From Candidatus Calditenuaceae archaeon (lineage in GTDB: Archaea > Thermoproteota > Nitrososphaeria_A > Caldarchaeales > Calditenuaceae): a DNA stretch of 64,000 nt. This document shows, piece by piece, positions 56,527-64,000 of the stretch. Numbering within the stretch: position 1 is the stretch's first letter; the number at the start of each line of letters is the position of its first letter. The DNA is taken from NCBI GenBank assembly GCA_025059595.1, contig JANXDI010000015.1:89872-153871 (forward strand), written 5' to 3'. The notes beneath the pieces are model-generated. The model saw only the letters and a program-made list of their open reading frames with translations. It made no database searches and was not told where the DNA came from. A program made the translations under genes and the position numbers.

Positions 56527-56654
56527 ATACGCCTCTATTGACTATTTAAGGTAAACCTATATTCAATTTTTTAGAATAGCGTCTCTATATAGTTAGATTT
56601 TGCGAAATATATTTATATATTGATGAGGCGGTCTTAGAGGGCGGGTCTAAGGAC
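56527..56654. promoter_or_regulatory. AT-rich divergent promoter between pstS and the AbrB-PhoU regulator
   Basis: Repeated CTAT/ATAG elements, CTATATAG palindrome, TTTATATA TATA box. Confidence 0.45.
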
Positions 56655-57686
56655 ATGCCGGTCTACTCTCGCAAGGTCCAAAAGACAGGCGGGTCCACAA
56701 TCATTGTTTCGCTGCCTCAGGAGTGGGTTAGAAGAGTTGGGCTGAGGCCTCATGACGAGCTTTACTTATTGGAAGAGCCGAGCGGCGGGCTTATCCTCTG
56801 GCCCGCAATCCTCGACCATAAGGATGCAGGTGAAGAGGTCGCGGTTAAGGTGACGACGGACGCCGGGCCCGAGGATGTGTTGCGCCTTTACCTTTCGGCG
56901 TACATCGCGGGGTATAACGTGATTAGGCTTGAGTTTGGTGACACTGGGTATAGGCACACTAAGGAGTTGAAGGAGATGATGAGGAGGTGGCTAGTGGGGG
57001 TCGAGATTGTGGGTGAGAGTCTTCATGGAATAGTAACGCAGTGTCTGCCTGCACATGACAGTCTTCAGCCGGCTAAGGTTATTGAGAGGATGGCGGACCT
57101 CGCTGCGAGTATGCAGAGGGATGCCCTTTACGCTGTGGAAAATAACGACGAGGTCCTCGCCCAAGATATTGTGCAGAGAGACTATGACGTTGATAGGTTC
57201 TACCACTTTGCGGTCAGGCAGCTCAATATCGGCATTTCCAGCCCGCGGCGGCTGGCGACGTTGGGTCTCAGGAACCCGCAGGAGTGCCTCTCATACATCA
57301 TAGCAGCTAAAACTATTGAGAGGGCGGCCGACCACGCGACATCAATCGCCAATACTCTCATCAACGAGAGGCAGCGGAAGAGGCCTTCGCCCGAGCTGAT
57401 TAAGGCGGGATATGAGGCGAGCAATCTCTTCACTGAGGCAAAAATAGCCCTCCGGGATGTGGATATATCGAAGGCGCGCCAGGTCATGCGGAAGATTGAG
57501 GCATTCAAGTTTATGCTCATGGATATTTTGAGGAGGAATGGAGGTAGGGGTGAGGCTGAGACTATGGTTCACGCGCTGGGGGAGAGTATAAGGCGGATTG
57601 CAGAATATAGTTCTGACCTCTGTGAAGTGGCTTTAAACCTCGGAGCGCATTACAGACTGTCATCTAGAACACCTCAGCCCGGATAA
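56655..57686 (+). CDS. Archaeal phosphate uptake regulator (AbrB N-domain + PhoU repeats)
   Basis: RKVQKTGGSTIIVSLPQEW, YIAGY, DVDRFY, IERAADHA, RRIAEYSSD. Confidence 0.88.
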   Translation: MPVYSRKVQKTGGSTIIVSLPQEWVRRVGLRPHDELYLLEEPSGGLILWPAILDHKDAGEEVAVKVTTDAGPEDVLRLYLSAYIAGYNVIRLEFGDTGYRHTKELKEMMRRWLVGVEIVGESLHGIVTQCLPAHDSLQPAKVIERMADLAASMQRDALYAVENNDEVLAQDIVQRDYDVDRFYHFAVRQLNIGISSPRRLATLGLRNPQECLSYIIAAKTIERAADHATSIANTLINERQRKRPSPELIKAGYEASNLFTEAKIALRDVDISKARQVMRKIEAFKFMLMDILRRNGGRGEAETMVHALGESIRRIAEYSSDLCEVALNLGAHYRLSSRTPQPG

Positions 57687-57716
57687 AGATATATCGAGAC
57701 GTTTCCTACCAGCTTC

Positions 57717-59171
57717 GTGAGCGGTGAGGCTTTAGTCCGAGTAGATGCGGGGGCTGTGGTTGGGGGTCTTGACAGACGGGTTTTCGGCCAGTTCATAGAG
57801 CATCTCGGAAGGTGCATCTACGGTGGAATTTGGGTTGGGGAGGGGTCGCGGATTCCGAATCTGAGAGGCTTTAGGAGTGATGTTCTTGAAGCTGTTAAGA
57901 GGATTGCTCCACCGGTTGTTAGATGGCCTGGAGGGAACTTTGCCTCAGCCTACCACTGGATGGATGGGGTCGGGCCTCGGGCAACTCGTCCACGCAAGTT
58001 TGAGCTGGCTTGGGAGTGGGTTGAGCCGAACGAGTTTGGAACGGTGGAGTATATTGAGTGGTGTAGGCTGGTTGGCGCTGAGCCTTTCATTGTCGTAAAC
58101 GCTGGTAGCGGCTCGCCTGAGGAGGCAGCAGCTTGGGTTGAGTATTGTAACTCGAGGGGCGATACTCACTACGCCTCTCTGAGGAGGAGGGACGGCTTTA
58201 ATGAGCCGTTCAATGTTAAGCTGTGGGGGATAGGTAACGAGCTTTACGGCCGCTGGCAGGTTGGCTTCTGTGTAGATGGTGAGGAGTGCGCGCGGAGGAC
58301 AGTTGAGTTCGCGAACCTGATGAAGAGGGTTGACAAAAGTATCGAGCTCGTGGGTGTCGGATGCGACAGGGACCCTGAGTGGAATATTGATATGGTGAAG
58401 ATTGCGGGAAACTATCTCGACTATCTCTCCGTGCATACTTACATCTTCTGCCCAAAGAAGTACGAAGACCTCCTTGCAGCCCCTCTCGAGATTGAGCGGA
58501 ACCTTATCTCCATTTACGAGAGCGTCCGGCTCGCGGCAAGTAAGTTTGGGGTCTCAAGGAAGATTAAGCTCGCATTTGACGAGTGGAATGTCTGGTATCG
58601 TGAGGCTGTGCCACCCATGCATGTGCAGTTCACCTCGATGAAGGATGCAGTCTTTACAGGACTGGTCTTGGTGAAGCTTCAGAAAATTTCGCGGATGGTG
58701 CCTGTAGCCGCCTTGGCACAGACGGTAAACGTCCTCCCCCTAATATCAACAAGCGATGAGGGGGCGATGGTCCTTAGTCCCCAATATTATGTCTTCGAGT
58801 TATACGCTCCTAATGCTGGGGGGAAGGTTGCCTGGACAAGTGTTAGTGGGCCTACGGTTTATTCAGAGGAGGCGGAGGGTCAGGTTGAGGCGGTTGATGC
58901 TGTGGCGAGCTTTGACGGTGATAAAATGTTTATTCACTTGGTCAACGGGATGCCTGACGAAGCCGTAGACTGCGGCATCAAGGTTGCTGGGTTTGACTTC
59001 AAGAACGTGAGGCACAGATACCTGGCCTCATCTTCGCCCGATGATAGAAATACGTTTGAACAGCCTAACATCGTCGTCCCGAGAGAGGGCCAGCAAGTGA
59101 GGACTGCGAATGGAGAAATTAAGATGAGCCTGCCACCCTGCTCTGTCAATCTCCTAACCCTATACCGCTGA
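57717..59171 (+). CDS. abfA: Intracellular alpha-L-arabinofuranosidase, GH51
   Basis: FIEHLGRCIYGG, RWPGGNF, EPNEFGT, GNE (acid/base), FDEWN (nucleophile), AQTVNV. No signal peptide. Confidence 0.92.
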   Translation: MSGEALVRVDAGAVVGGLDRRVFGQFIEHLGRCIYGGIWVGEGSRIPNLRGFRSDVLEAVKRIAPPVVRWPGGNFASAYHWMDGVGPRATRPRKFELAWEWVEPNEFGTVEYIEWCRLVGAEPFIVVNAGSGSPEEAAAWVEYCNSRGDTHYASLRRRDGFNEPFNVKLWGIGNELYGRWQVGFCVDGEECARRTVEFANLMKRVDKSIELVGVGCDRDPEWNIDMVKIAGNYLDYLSVHTYIFCPKKYEDLLAAPLEIERNLISIYESVRLAASKFGVSRKIKLAFDEWNVWYREAVPPMHVQFTSMKDAVFTGLVLVKLQKISRMVPVAALAQTVNVLPLISTSDEGAMVLSPQYYVFELYAPNAGGKVAWTSVSGPTVYSEEAEGQVEAVDAVASFDGDKMFIHLVNGMPDEAVDCGIKVAGFDFKNVRHRYLASSSPDDRNTFEQPNIVVPREGQQVRTANGEIKMSLPPCSVNLLTLYR

Positions 59172-59178
59172 GAAGTCG

Positions 59179-59829
59179 TCATTCGAGGACAGATTTTAGG
59201 AGAGGCGCTATCGGCGCCCGCCTTCTTCCGATGCCTAGTAGGTAAACTTCTGAGCTGTGCTTTCTCAAGCTTGGTGGTGTCGTGACGCGTCGATAGGCGA
59301 TGAAGCATAGGCGGAGCGGTTTTTCTATGCGCGTGAGTTCTGGGCATTCGAATGCCTTCAACATAACGTTACCATCATCCCTCAGCACTGTATCCGCGAT
59401 TTCGCAGCATCTGAAGACGAGGTCGAGCTGCCTCAGTGTATCAACCTCCGCGACCCCTATCAGGTTTGGAGACGCGTCAGAGATTAAGACGTCGCATTTA
59501 GAGTCGCCTAGAGTTCTCAGAATCTCCTGTGGAGCCGAGGGGTCGTTGATGTCGATTTGAAGTGTTCTGATGTTCTCTCCCTTCAGTGTTATGGGTTTGA
59601 TGTCAACGCCCACTGCTAGCCCGTCGTCGCCGACGAGCTCCGAGACAACCTTTAACATGCCGCCGGGGGCCGCCCCCAGCTCGACCACTAAGTCGCCGGG
59701 CCTTATTATGGAGTAAAGTCTTTGAATGTGCTTTAACTTGTATGCAGCTCTCGACGGGTATCCCTCAATCTTCGCCCTTCTGTGCCAAGGGTCTGCACGC
59801 CTCTCCGAGAACCACCTCCCCCGCGCCAC
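59179..59829 (-). CDS. rlmE: 23S rRNA Um2552 methyltransferase RlmE/FtsJ
   Basis: YPSRAAYKL, ELGAAPGG, SDASP, SSEVY. Confidence 0.9.
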   Translation of the reverse strand: MARGRWFSERRADPWHRRAKIEGYPSRAAYKLKHIQRLYSIIRPGDLVVELGAAPGGMLKVVSELVGDDGLAVGVDIKPITLKGENIRTLQIDINDPSAPQEILRTLGDSKCDVLISDASPNLIGVAEVDTLRQLDLVFRCCEIADTVLRDDGNVMLKAFECPELTRIEKPLRLCFIAYRRVTTPPSLRKHSSEVYLLGIGRRRAPIAPLLKSVLE

Positions 59830-59893
59830 GATTCTCCAGATGTAGTTAGGGCTTGAGTCCGGATTAAACCTATCCGAAGGTTGGGCAATTTAG

Positions 59894-60358
59894 TCATGGG
59901 TTTTGCCTTCTGGCAACTATGACTCTAGGCGGCTTCAAAAGCTTGCCTGCGTGGGCATAGCCCCTGCTGATCTCCGCGATTATTGTTCCATCCTCAACAT
60001 CATCCCTCTGGACGAAGCCGACAGACTCGTGGATGAAGGGGTCAAACCTCTTACCCACAGTCTCAAGTTGGTCTACGCCGTTGTCGGACAATATTCTCTT
60101 CATCTCCTTCAAAAGCATCTTCATCCCCTCCATGACTTGTTTCCGGTCCGAGTTGCCGAGGAGGCTCGTATAGGCCCTCTCGACCTCCTCGTAAATAGAA
60201 ATCATGTCGAGAAGCACGCGCTCGACCGACTCTCTCCTAACCTTCTCCACCTCCTTCGCCATCAGCTTTTTGAGGTTCTCAATCTCCGCCCTCAGATAGA
60301 GGTTCTCCTCCTGCAGGCGCTTCAACTCCTCCGTTGCCCCTGGAGCCTCGCCGGACAT
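59894..60358 (-). CDS. grpE: Nucleotide exchange factor GrpE
   Basis: RAEIENLKK, FDPFIHE, GY...LKPPRVIVA. Confidence 0.88.
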   Translation of the reverse strand: MSGEAPGATEELKRLQEENLYLRAEIENLKKLMAKEVEKVRRESVERVLLDMISIYEEVERAYTSLLGNSDRKQVMEGMKMLLKEMKRILSDNGVDQLETVGKRFDPFIHESVGFVQRDDVEDGTIIAEISRGYAHAGKLLKPPRVIVARRQNP

Positions 60359-60405
60359 CCCCGATTAACATTTCAGGCGGCATGATTAAAACTCTAAAGC
60401 GTGAA

Positions 60406-60728
60406 GGGGCGGCGGCTCCGGGTGGTCGAGGGCCGGGGCCTCCGCCGAGCCCAGATGAGTTGATTAGCCACGCACCCCCACCAGCAGCCCGGCTGCACCT
60501 TAGCGCTGCTCCCTCCCGGGCCTGACGCGGTTCGGCGCATGCGGGTGTGAGAGGCCGCGCCTACACGCGGCATCGCACCCTACCGTTCTCCGGCGGGACG
60601 CGGCCTCATCTCCCCCCAACTGTGCCGTACGGAGGGCCGGACACCCCTTCCACCCGGTTACTGACCCCTGCATCAGCCCGTTTCAGGTTGAAGGGGAGGG
60701 CTAGCCCCCCAGCCCTACCCGCCGCCCC
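60406..60728 (-). ncRNA. ffs: Archaeal SRP (7S) RNA
   Basis: Terminal helix GGGGCGGCGG/CCGCCGCCCC; Alu loops AGCCC/GGGCT complementary; helix 6 GCCGCGT-GTAG-GCGCGGC; helix 8 GAACC...CAGGCCC-GGGA-GGGAGCAG; ~323 nt. Confidence 0.93.
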
Positions 60729-60786
60729 GCTGTTTAGTGTCCCAAATAGACATTTAACGCTTTTGTGGAGTGGGGGGTGATGTTTT

Positions 60787-61878
60787 TCAGTCGATGTATT
60801 CTGCCAGTTCTCTGGCTGTTTTGACTATCCGAATCTCTCCCCGCCTCACAACATCCCTGTAGTAGTCTATCTTGGATTGGAGCTCCTGCATTAACTCTAC
60901 GAGGCGCTGGAAAAGAAACTCCTTAACCTCGCCGCTTATCATCCTGCCGCTCGAGTAGTCCTCGGCTATGCGACGGAGCTCCGAGTCATCCTTCAAAATG
61001 AACTGGAGGATCTTGAAGGGGACGTCCCTCTCCAAGTCCGCACCGTACTTCCTCTGCTCCTCAAGAGTGTCGGCCCCGCCTGAGAAGGCCTTATAGACCT
61101 TCCGCCTCAACTCCCTGATGTCGTCTTCAGGGAGAAAAATAGCGGCATGTGGCTCACTTTTACTCATCTTACCCTCGCCCTTCAAACTCGGCACATCCCT
61201 GATGTAAACCCCGACAGCCTGCTTGAACTTGAGGAATCTTGAGCGCCTGACATAGTCCCGGCAGAGCCTTATGTGTGGGTCTTGGTCCAGCCCCACAGGG
61301 ATTACTCCTACCATCGGCCTCACAAGCTGCGGAAACAGAATGTCCCCAATTTGGTATAGGGAGGATACGATACGCGCAGGCTCAAGCGCGCCATAGACTG
61401 CCCTGAACTCCTGAAGCGTGATTTCACGCGAGGCGTCCGCGGCTATTTTATGAATGTCGGGGTTCTCGGATTGGAAGTAGAAGACGCAACTATCTGGGTT
61501 TATTCCAAGGGCTAGGTAGGTTGGGATATGGAACTCAAAGGCTGTTTTCCTAGCCTCCGCCAAATCGACAGACCTCGTAGCAAGAGACTCTAAATCTGCT
61601 ATGAGGAGGACCATCTGCCTAGACTTCTCTGCGAAGCACTTCAGCGCCTCCACGACTGCCATCGTTCCAAGGTGAATCCGCTCTGAGGAGGGCATGATTC
61701 CGGTTAGAGTGTAAAAGTCTCCGGATTGAAGCGCTTCCTTAAACTCTTCGTAGCCGCGGACCGCGAAGATAAGCCCCCGCCTAACAAAATAGTGGTCAAC
61801 ACCTACGTCCTGCTGGCTTATGTTTCTTAGGCCGAATTCCTCGACGAGACGCACCTCCCTCTCCATTTCTTTCCCCAT
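60787..61878 (-). CDS. trpS: Tryptophanyl-tRNA synthetase
   Basis: TGIMPS, HLGT (HIGH-like), PVGLDQDPH, KMSKS, AFSGG, SGEVK. Confidence 0.92.
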   Translation of the reverse strand: MGKEMEREVRLVEEFGLRNISQQDVGVDHYFVRRGLIFAVRGYEEFKEALQSGDFYTLTGIMPSSERIHLGTMAVVEALKCFAEKSRQMVLLIADLESLATRSVDLAEARKTAFEFHIPTYLALGINPDSCVFYFQSENPDIHKIAADASREITLQEFRAVYGALEPARIVSSLYQIGDILFPQLVRPMVGVIPVGLDQDPHIRLCRDYVRRSRFLKFKQAVGVYIRDVPSLKGEGKMSKSEPHAAIFLPEDDIRELRRKVYKAFSGGADTLEEQRKYGADLERDVPFKILQFILKDDSELRRIAEDYSSGRMISGEVKEFLFQRLVELMQELQSKIDYYRDVVRRGEIRIVKTARELAEYID

Positions 61879-61943
61879 TTCCTTCCGGCAGCTAGGGGGA
61901 TATAGCCTAATACAAATATGTATTCAACCATTCTCCTTAGACA

Positions 61944-62510
61944 TTATTTTCTCAGAAGTGGCAGACGCCTGACATATCCACCCCTCTCGAGTAGGTCGGC
62001 GGTCTTGGTGTCTAGCGTTGCGATGGAGCCTTCTCGGAATGGGCCTCTGGTAACCCCCTCGCCGTCTACTATGGCAGGAGCGTCCTTCAAAAAGACCACA
62101 ACGGCCCTCTCACCAGACTCCCTTAGCTCGCGAGTTAGGTCGAAAGACTCTGAACAGTATTCTATGTATTCCCTATACACCGCTACAGATTTCAAGAGGC
62201 CTTCGTGAAGTCTGCTCTCGATGGGGAGGAGGTTCTCAAGGTCCTCACCCTTAACAGCGGCCTTCAGAATCTTCTCCAGCCTCATCTTCAGAATATCCGA
62301 TATTAAGGCTGAGAGGACTTCGAGCTCCCTCTCGCAGAGCTTCGATTGAATACTTTCACGGTCTACTGCTAGTCTCAGCCTCACCTTCAGCTCCTCCGCA
62401 TACTCTCTAATCCTCCTCAACCAGTCCTCTGAGATTCTGGCCGGAGTCTCGGAGCTCCTTTCAAGCCTCCAGGCCTCAACAACCTCCTCATACACCGTCT
62501 TAGCAGACAA
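61944..62510 (-). CDS. GINS complex subunit (Gins51-type)
   Basis: Helical A-domain with RLEKI and ENLLPIE, then a C-terminal B-domain (PAIVDGEG...GPF..G..A..L...G). Confidence 0.8.
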   Translation of the reverse strand: MSAKTVYEEVVEAWRLERSSETPARISEDWLRRIREYAEELKVRLRLAVDRESIQSKLCERELEVLSALISDILKMRLEKILKAAVKGEDLENLLPIESRLHEGLLKSVAVYREYIEYCSESFDLTRELRESGERAVVVFLKDAPAIVDGEGVTRGPFREGSIATLDTKTADLLERGGYVRRLPLLRK

Positions 62511-62517
62511 GACGAAA

Positions 62518-63651
62518 CTACACCTCCAACCGGCTCATCAACTTACTAAGCCTCCACAGCATCACCCTCGACGGGTTGGAATCAGTTGACTCGACAGCTC
62601 CTCTCAAAACCTCAGCCGCCTCAACCATTCCACGCTTATCAACCGGATACGGGCGTCCGGACTTTGAACCAAAAGCGTAGGAGAATCTGGCCGGGTCTCT
62701 CCAAGAGGCCCTCGCACCATAAACTAGCTCGGAGATATACGCTAAACCCCGGAGCGTAGAGGCTCCCACCCGCTCAGCAAGAAGAATTGTCTCAAAGCTA
62801 TCCGCATTTTCCTTCACGGCGCGAAGGACGGAGCCGTCCAATTTTTTGGGGGGCTTTAGGTGGGGCGGAGTTGTTCTAGGATTGAGGTGTGGATGGTCGT
62901 CTAGCGTTGCTTGTCCGGACAGAATATTCTTGACCTTTACAAGGTCTGACTGAATCGCGCTAAAGGGAGAGTCTCTCACGACATCGAGTATACATCTTCT
63001 GCAGTCTCTCGACTCTCTGCTGGTGAGGTCCAGCACAACCTCCTCGCCCTTGGCCGAGGATATTGCCGTGTGCGGCTCCTCAACTTTGACATCACCCGCC
63101 AGCCACTGATACCTCCTAGCCAGTTTAGCCTCGATATTCATACCTTGATTTATTATGGCATAAGAGCCTGAGCTCGAGATGGCTACACAGTGGAAGTAGA
63201 CAGTGTATGAGTCTTGAATGGCGTTGTTATCCACCCTGCAGCTGAGTCTAGAAGCGAATGAGAGACTCGGAGCCACCTCCTCCCGGCCTATCGCCTTCAG
63301 AGACTCCTTCAACTCAAGTGGCGTCTCCCTCATCGCTGCTCCTTTACCACCAGCCACAAAGACCCCCACATCCAAGTCTCTAAGAGCCTCCTTTAAGGCT
63401 GCGAGAGTTATGGTGGTCTGGCCCGAGGTGTCCCATTCGAAGCCGAGGACACAGGAGAGGCAGCTCAGCCAGTAGGGGTCTGAAAGCCTCTCCACGAAGA
63501 AATCCGAACCATACTCCCTGACGAGAAGCCTAACAATCTCTCTGCACAAGACAACCATCTCCTTAAAGTGTGGCACCCCACCCTCAACCAGAAAAAGCTC
63601 GGTCCTCCCGACCCTCCTCAACCAGCGGCCACTAAGGACCAAACACGCCAT
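62518..63651 (-). CDS. DUF763 family protein
   Basis: RLSDPYW, LGFEWDTSGQTT, AGGKG, VDNNAIQD, QGMN, ARRY, DPARFSYAFGSKSGRPYPV. Start at ATG 63651 or TTG 63621, not 63930. Confidence 0.8.
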   Translation of the reverse strand: MACLVLSGRWLRRVGRTELFLVEGGVPHFKEMVVLCREIVRLLVREYGSDFFVERLSDPYWLSCLSCVLGFEWDTSGQTTITLAALKEALRDLDVGVFVAGGKGAAMRETPLELKESLKAIGREEVAPSLSFASRLSCRVDNNAIQDSYTVYFHCVAISSSGSYAIINQGMNIEAKLARRYQWLAGDVKVEEPHTAISSAKGEEVVLDLTSRESRDCRRCILDVVRDSPFSAIQSDLVKVKNILSGQATLDDHPHLNPRTTPPHLKPPKKLDGSVLRAVKENADSFETILLAERVGASTLRGLAYISELVYGARASWRDPARFSYAFGSKSGRPYPVDKRGMVEAAEVLRGAVESTDSNPSRVMLWRLSKLMSRLEV

Positions 63652-63810
63652 CAGGCTTAAAAGCCTTAAAACACCGCGGCGAAAAAACACTACCAGAGAC
63701 TGCTTGAGCCGCATACGCTCATTATGGAAGCCACGCGACTCGTCTCGTGGGGGGAGTCTCCATGAAAGCCCAAACGTTAAATAACTAGCCGCTCCAAAGT
63801 CAAAAACAGC

Positions 63811-64000
63811 ATGAAGGTTCCGGCGAAGGTAAACAGCTTCTGCCCAAAGTGCAACGCCCACACGGAGCATCAAGTCGCGCTCTACAGGAAGGGGAAGGAG
63901 AGGGGGTTGGCGATTGGTGCGAGGAGGCATGAGAGAGAGCTTAAGGGCTATGGTGGGCAGAAGTATCCTATTCAGAGGAATAAGGCCAAGACCACGGATA
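63811..64000 (+). CDS. rpl44e: 50S ribosomal protein L44e (partial, runs off window)
   Basis: Manual translation MKVPAKVNSFCPKCNAHTEHQVALYRKGKERGLAIGARRHERELKGYGGQKYPIQRNKAKTT. Not in the ORF track. Confidence 0.95.
   Translation, partial: MKVPAKVNSFCPKCNAHTEHQVALYRKGKERGLAIGARRHERELKGYGGQKYPIQRNKAKTTD

Noticed and set aside
60334-60780. Pro/Ala-rich ORFs 60334..60525 and 60547..60780
   Set aside because: Shadow ORFs antisense to the GC-rich SRP RNA.
63652-63930. N-terminal ~90 aa of the 470-aa ORF in the ORF track
   Set aside because: It is antisense to rpl44e and spans its promoter. DUF763-like sequence only begins near 63621-63651.
1-64000. CRISPR arrays, tRNA/rRNA genes, inteins, transposases, Sec/Pyl readthrough, and the many short antisense ORFs in the track
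   Set aside because: No regularly spaced repeats, T-loop consensus, intein-sized insertions, transposase motifs or stop-interrupted enzymes were seen by eye. The short opposite-strand ORFs lie within well-supported genes.

Overview
Gene-dense (~55% GC by eye) core-chromosome segment of a thermophilic archaeon. Reverse gyrase, GINS51, Lsm-rpl37e, rpl44e, MBF1-hflX, Nre, Dph6 and an archaeal SRP RNA are present. The overall gene style suggests a TACK/Nitrososphaerota lineage such as Aigarchaeota/Caldarchaeales (inference only). Housekeeping content: tRNA thiolation (thiI, ttuA), leuB/ilvD, hisAFI, aconitase, a haloarchaeal-type isocitrate lyase, phosphomevalonate decarboxylase, pstSCAB-phoU, pdxS, trpS, map, rlmE and grpE. 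I see no CRISPR array, tRNA, rRNA, transposase or prophage. Features missing from the ORF track: a dual-guide box C/D sRNA overlapping the thiI stop codon, the SRP RNA, rpl37e, partial rpl44e, a partial MacB permease and four microproteins. Best leads: (i) a wHTH + stand-alone GT-B N-domain + two GT4 locus around a palindromic intergenic region; (ii) a ThrC-like PLP enzyme + ubiquitin-like sulfur carrier with a post-GG extension + putative heme membrane protein operon; (iii) an IlvD/ALDH/KdaD oxidative pentose cluster; (iv) a SagB-type flavoprotein between two tRNA thiolases; (v) blockwise switching of A/C- versus G/T-ending synonymous codons within genes. All functional calls come from motif recognition and remembered family sequences, not from database searches.
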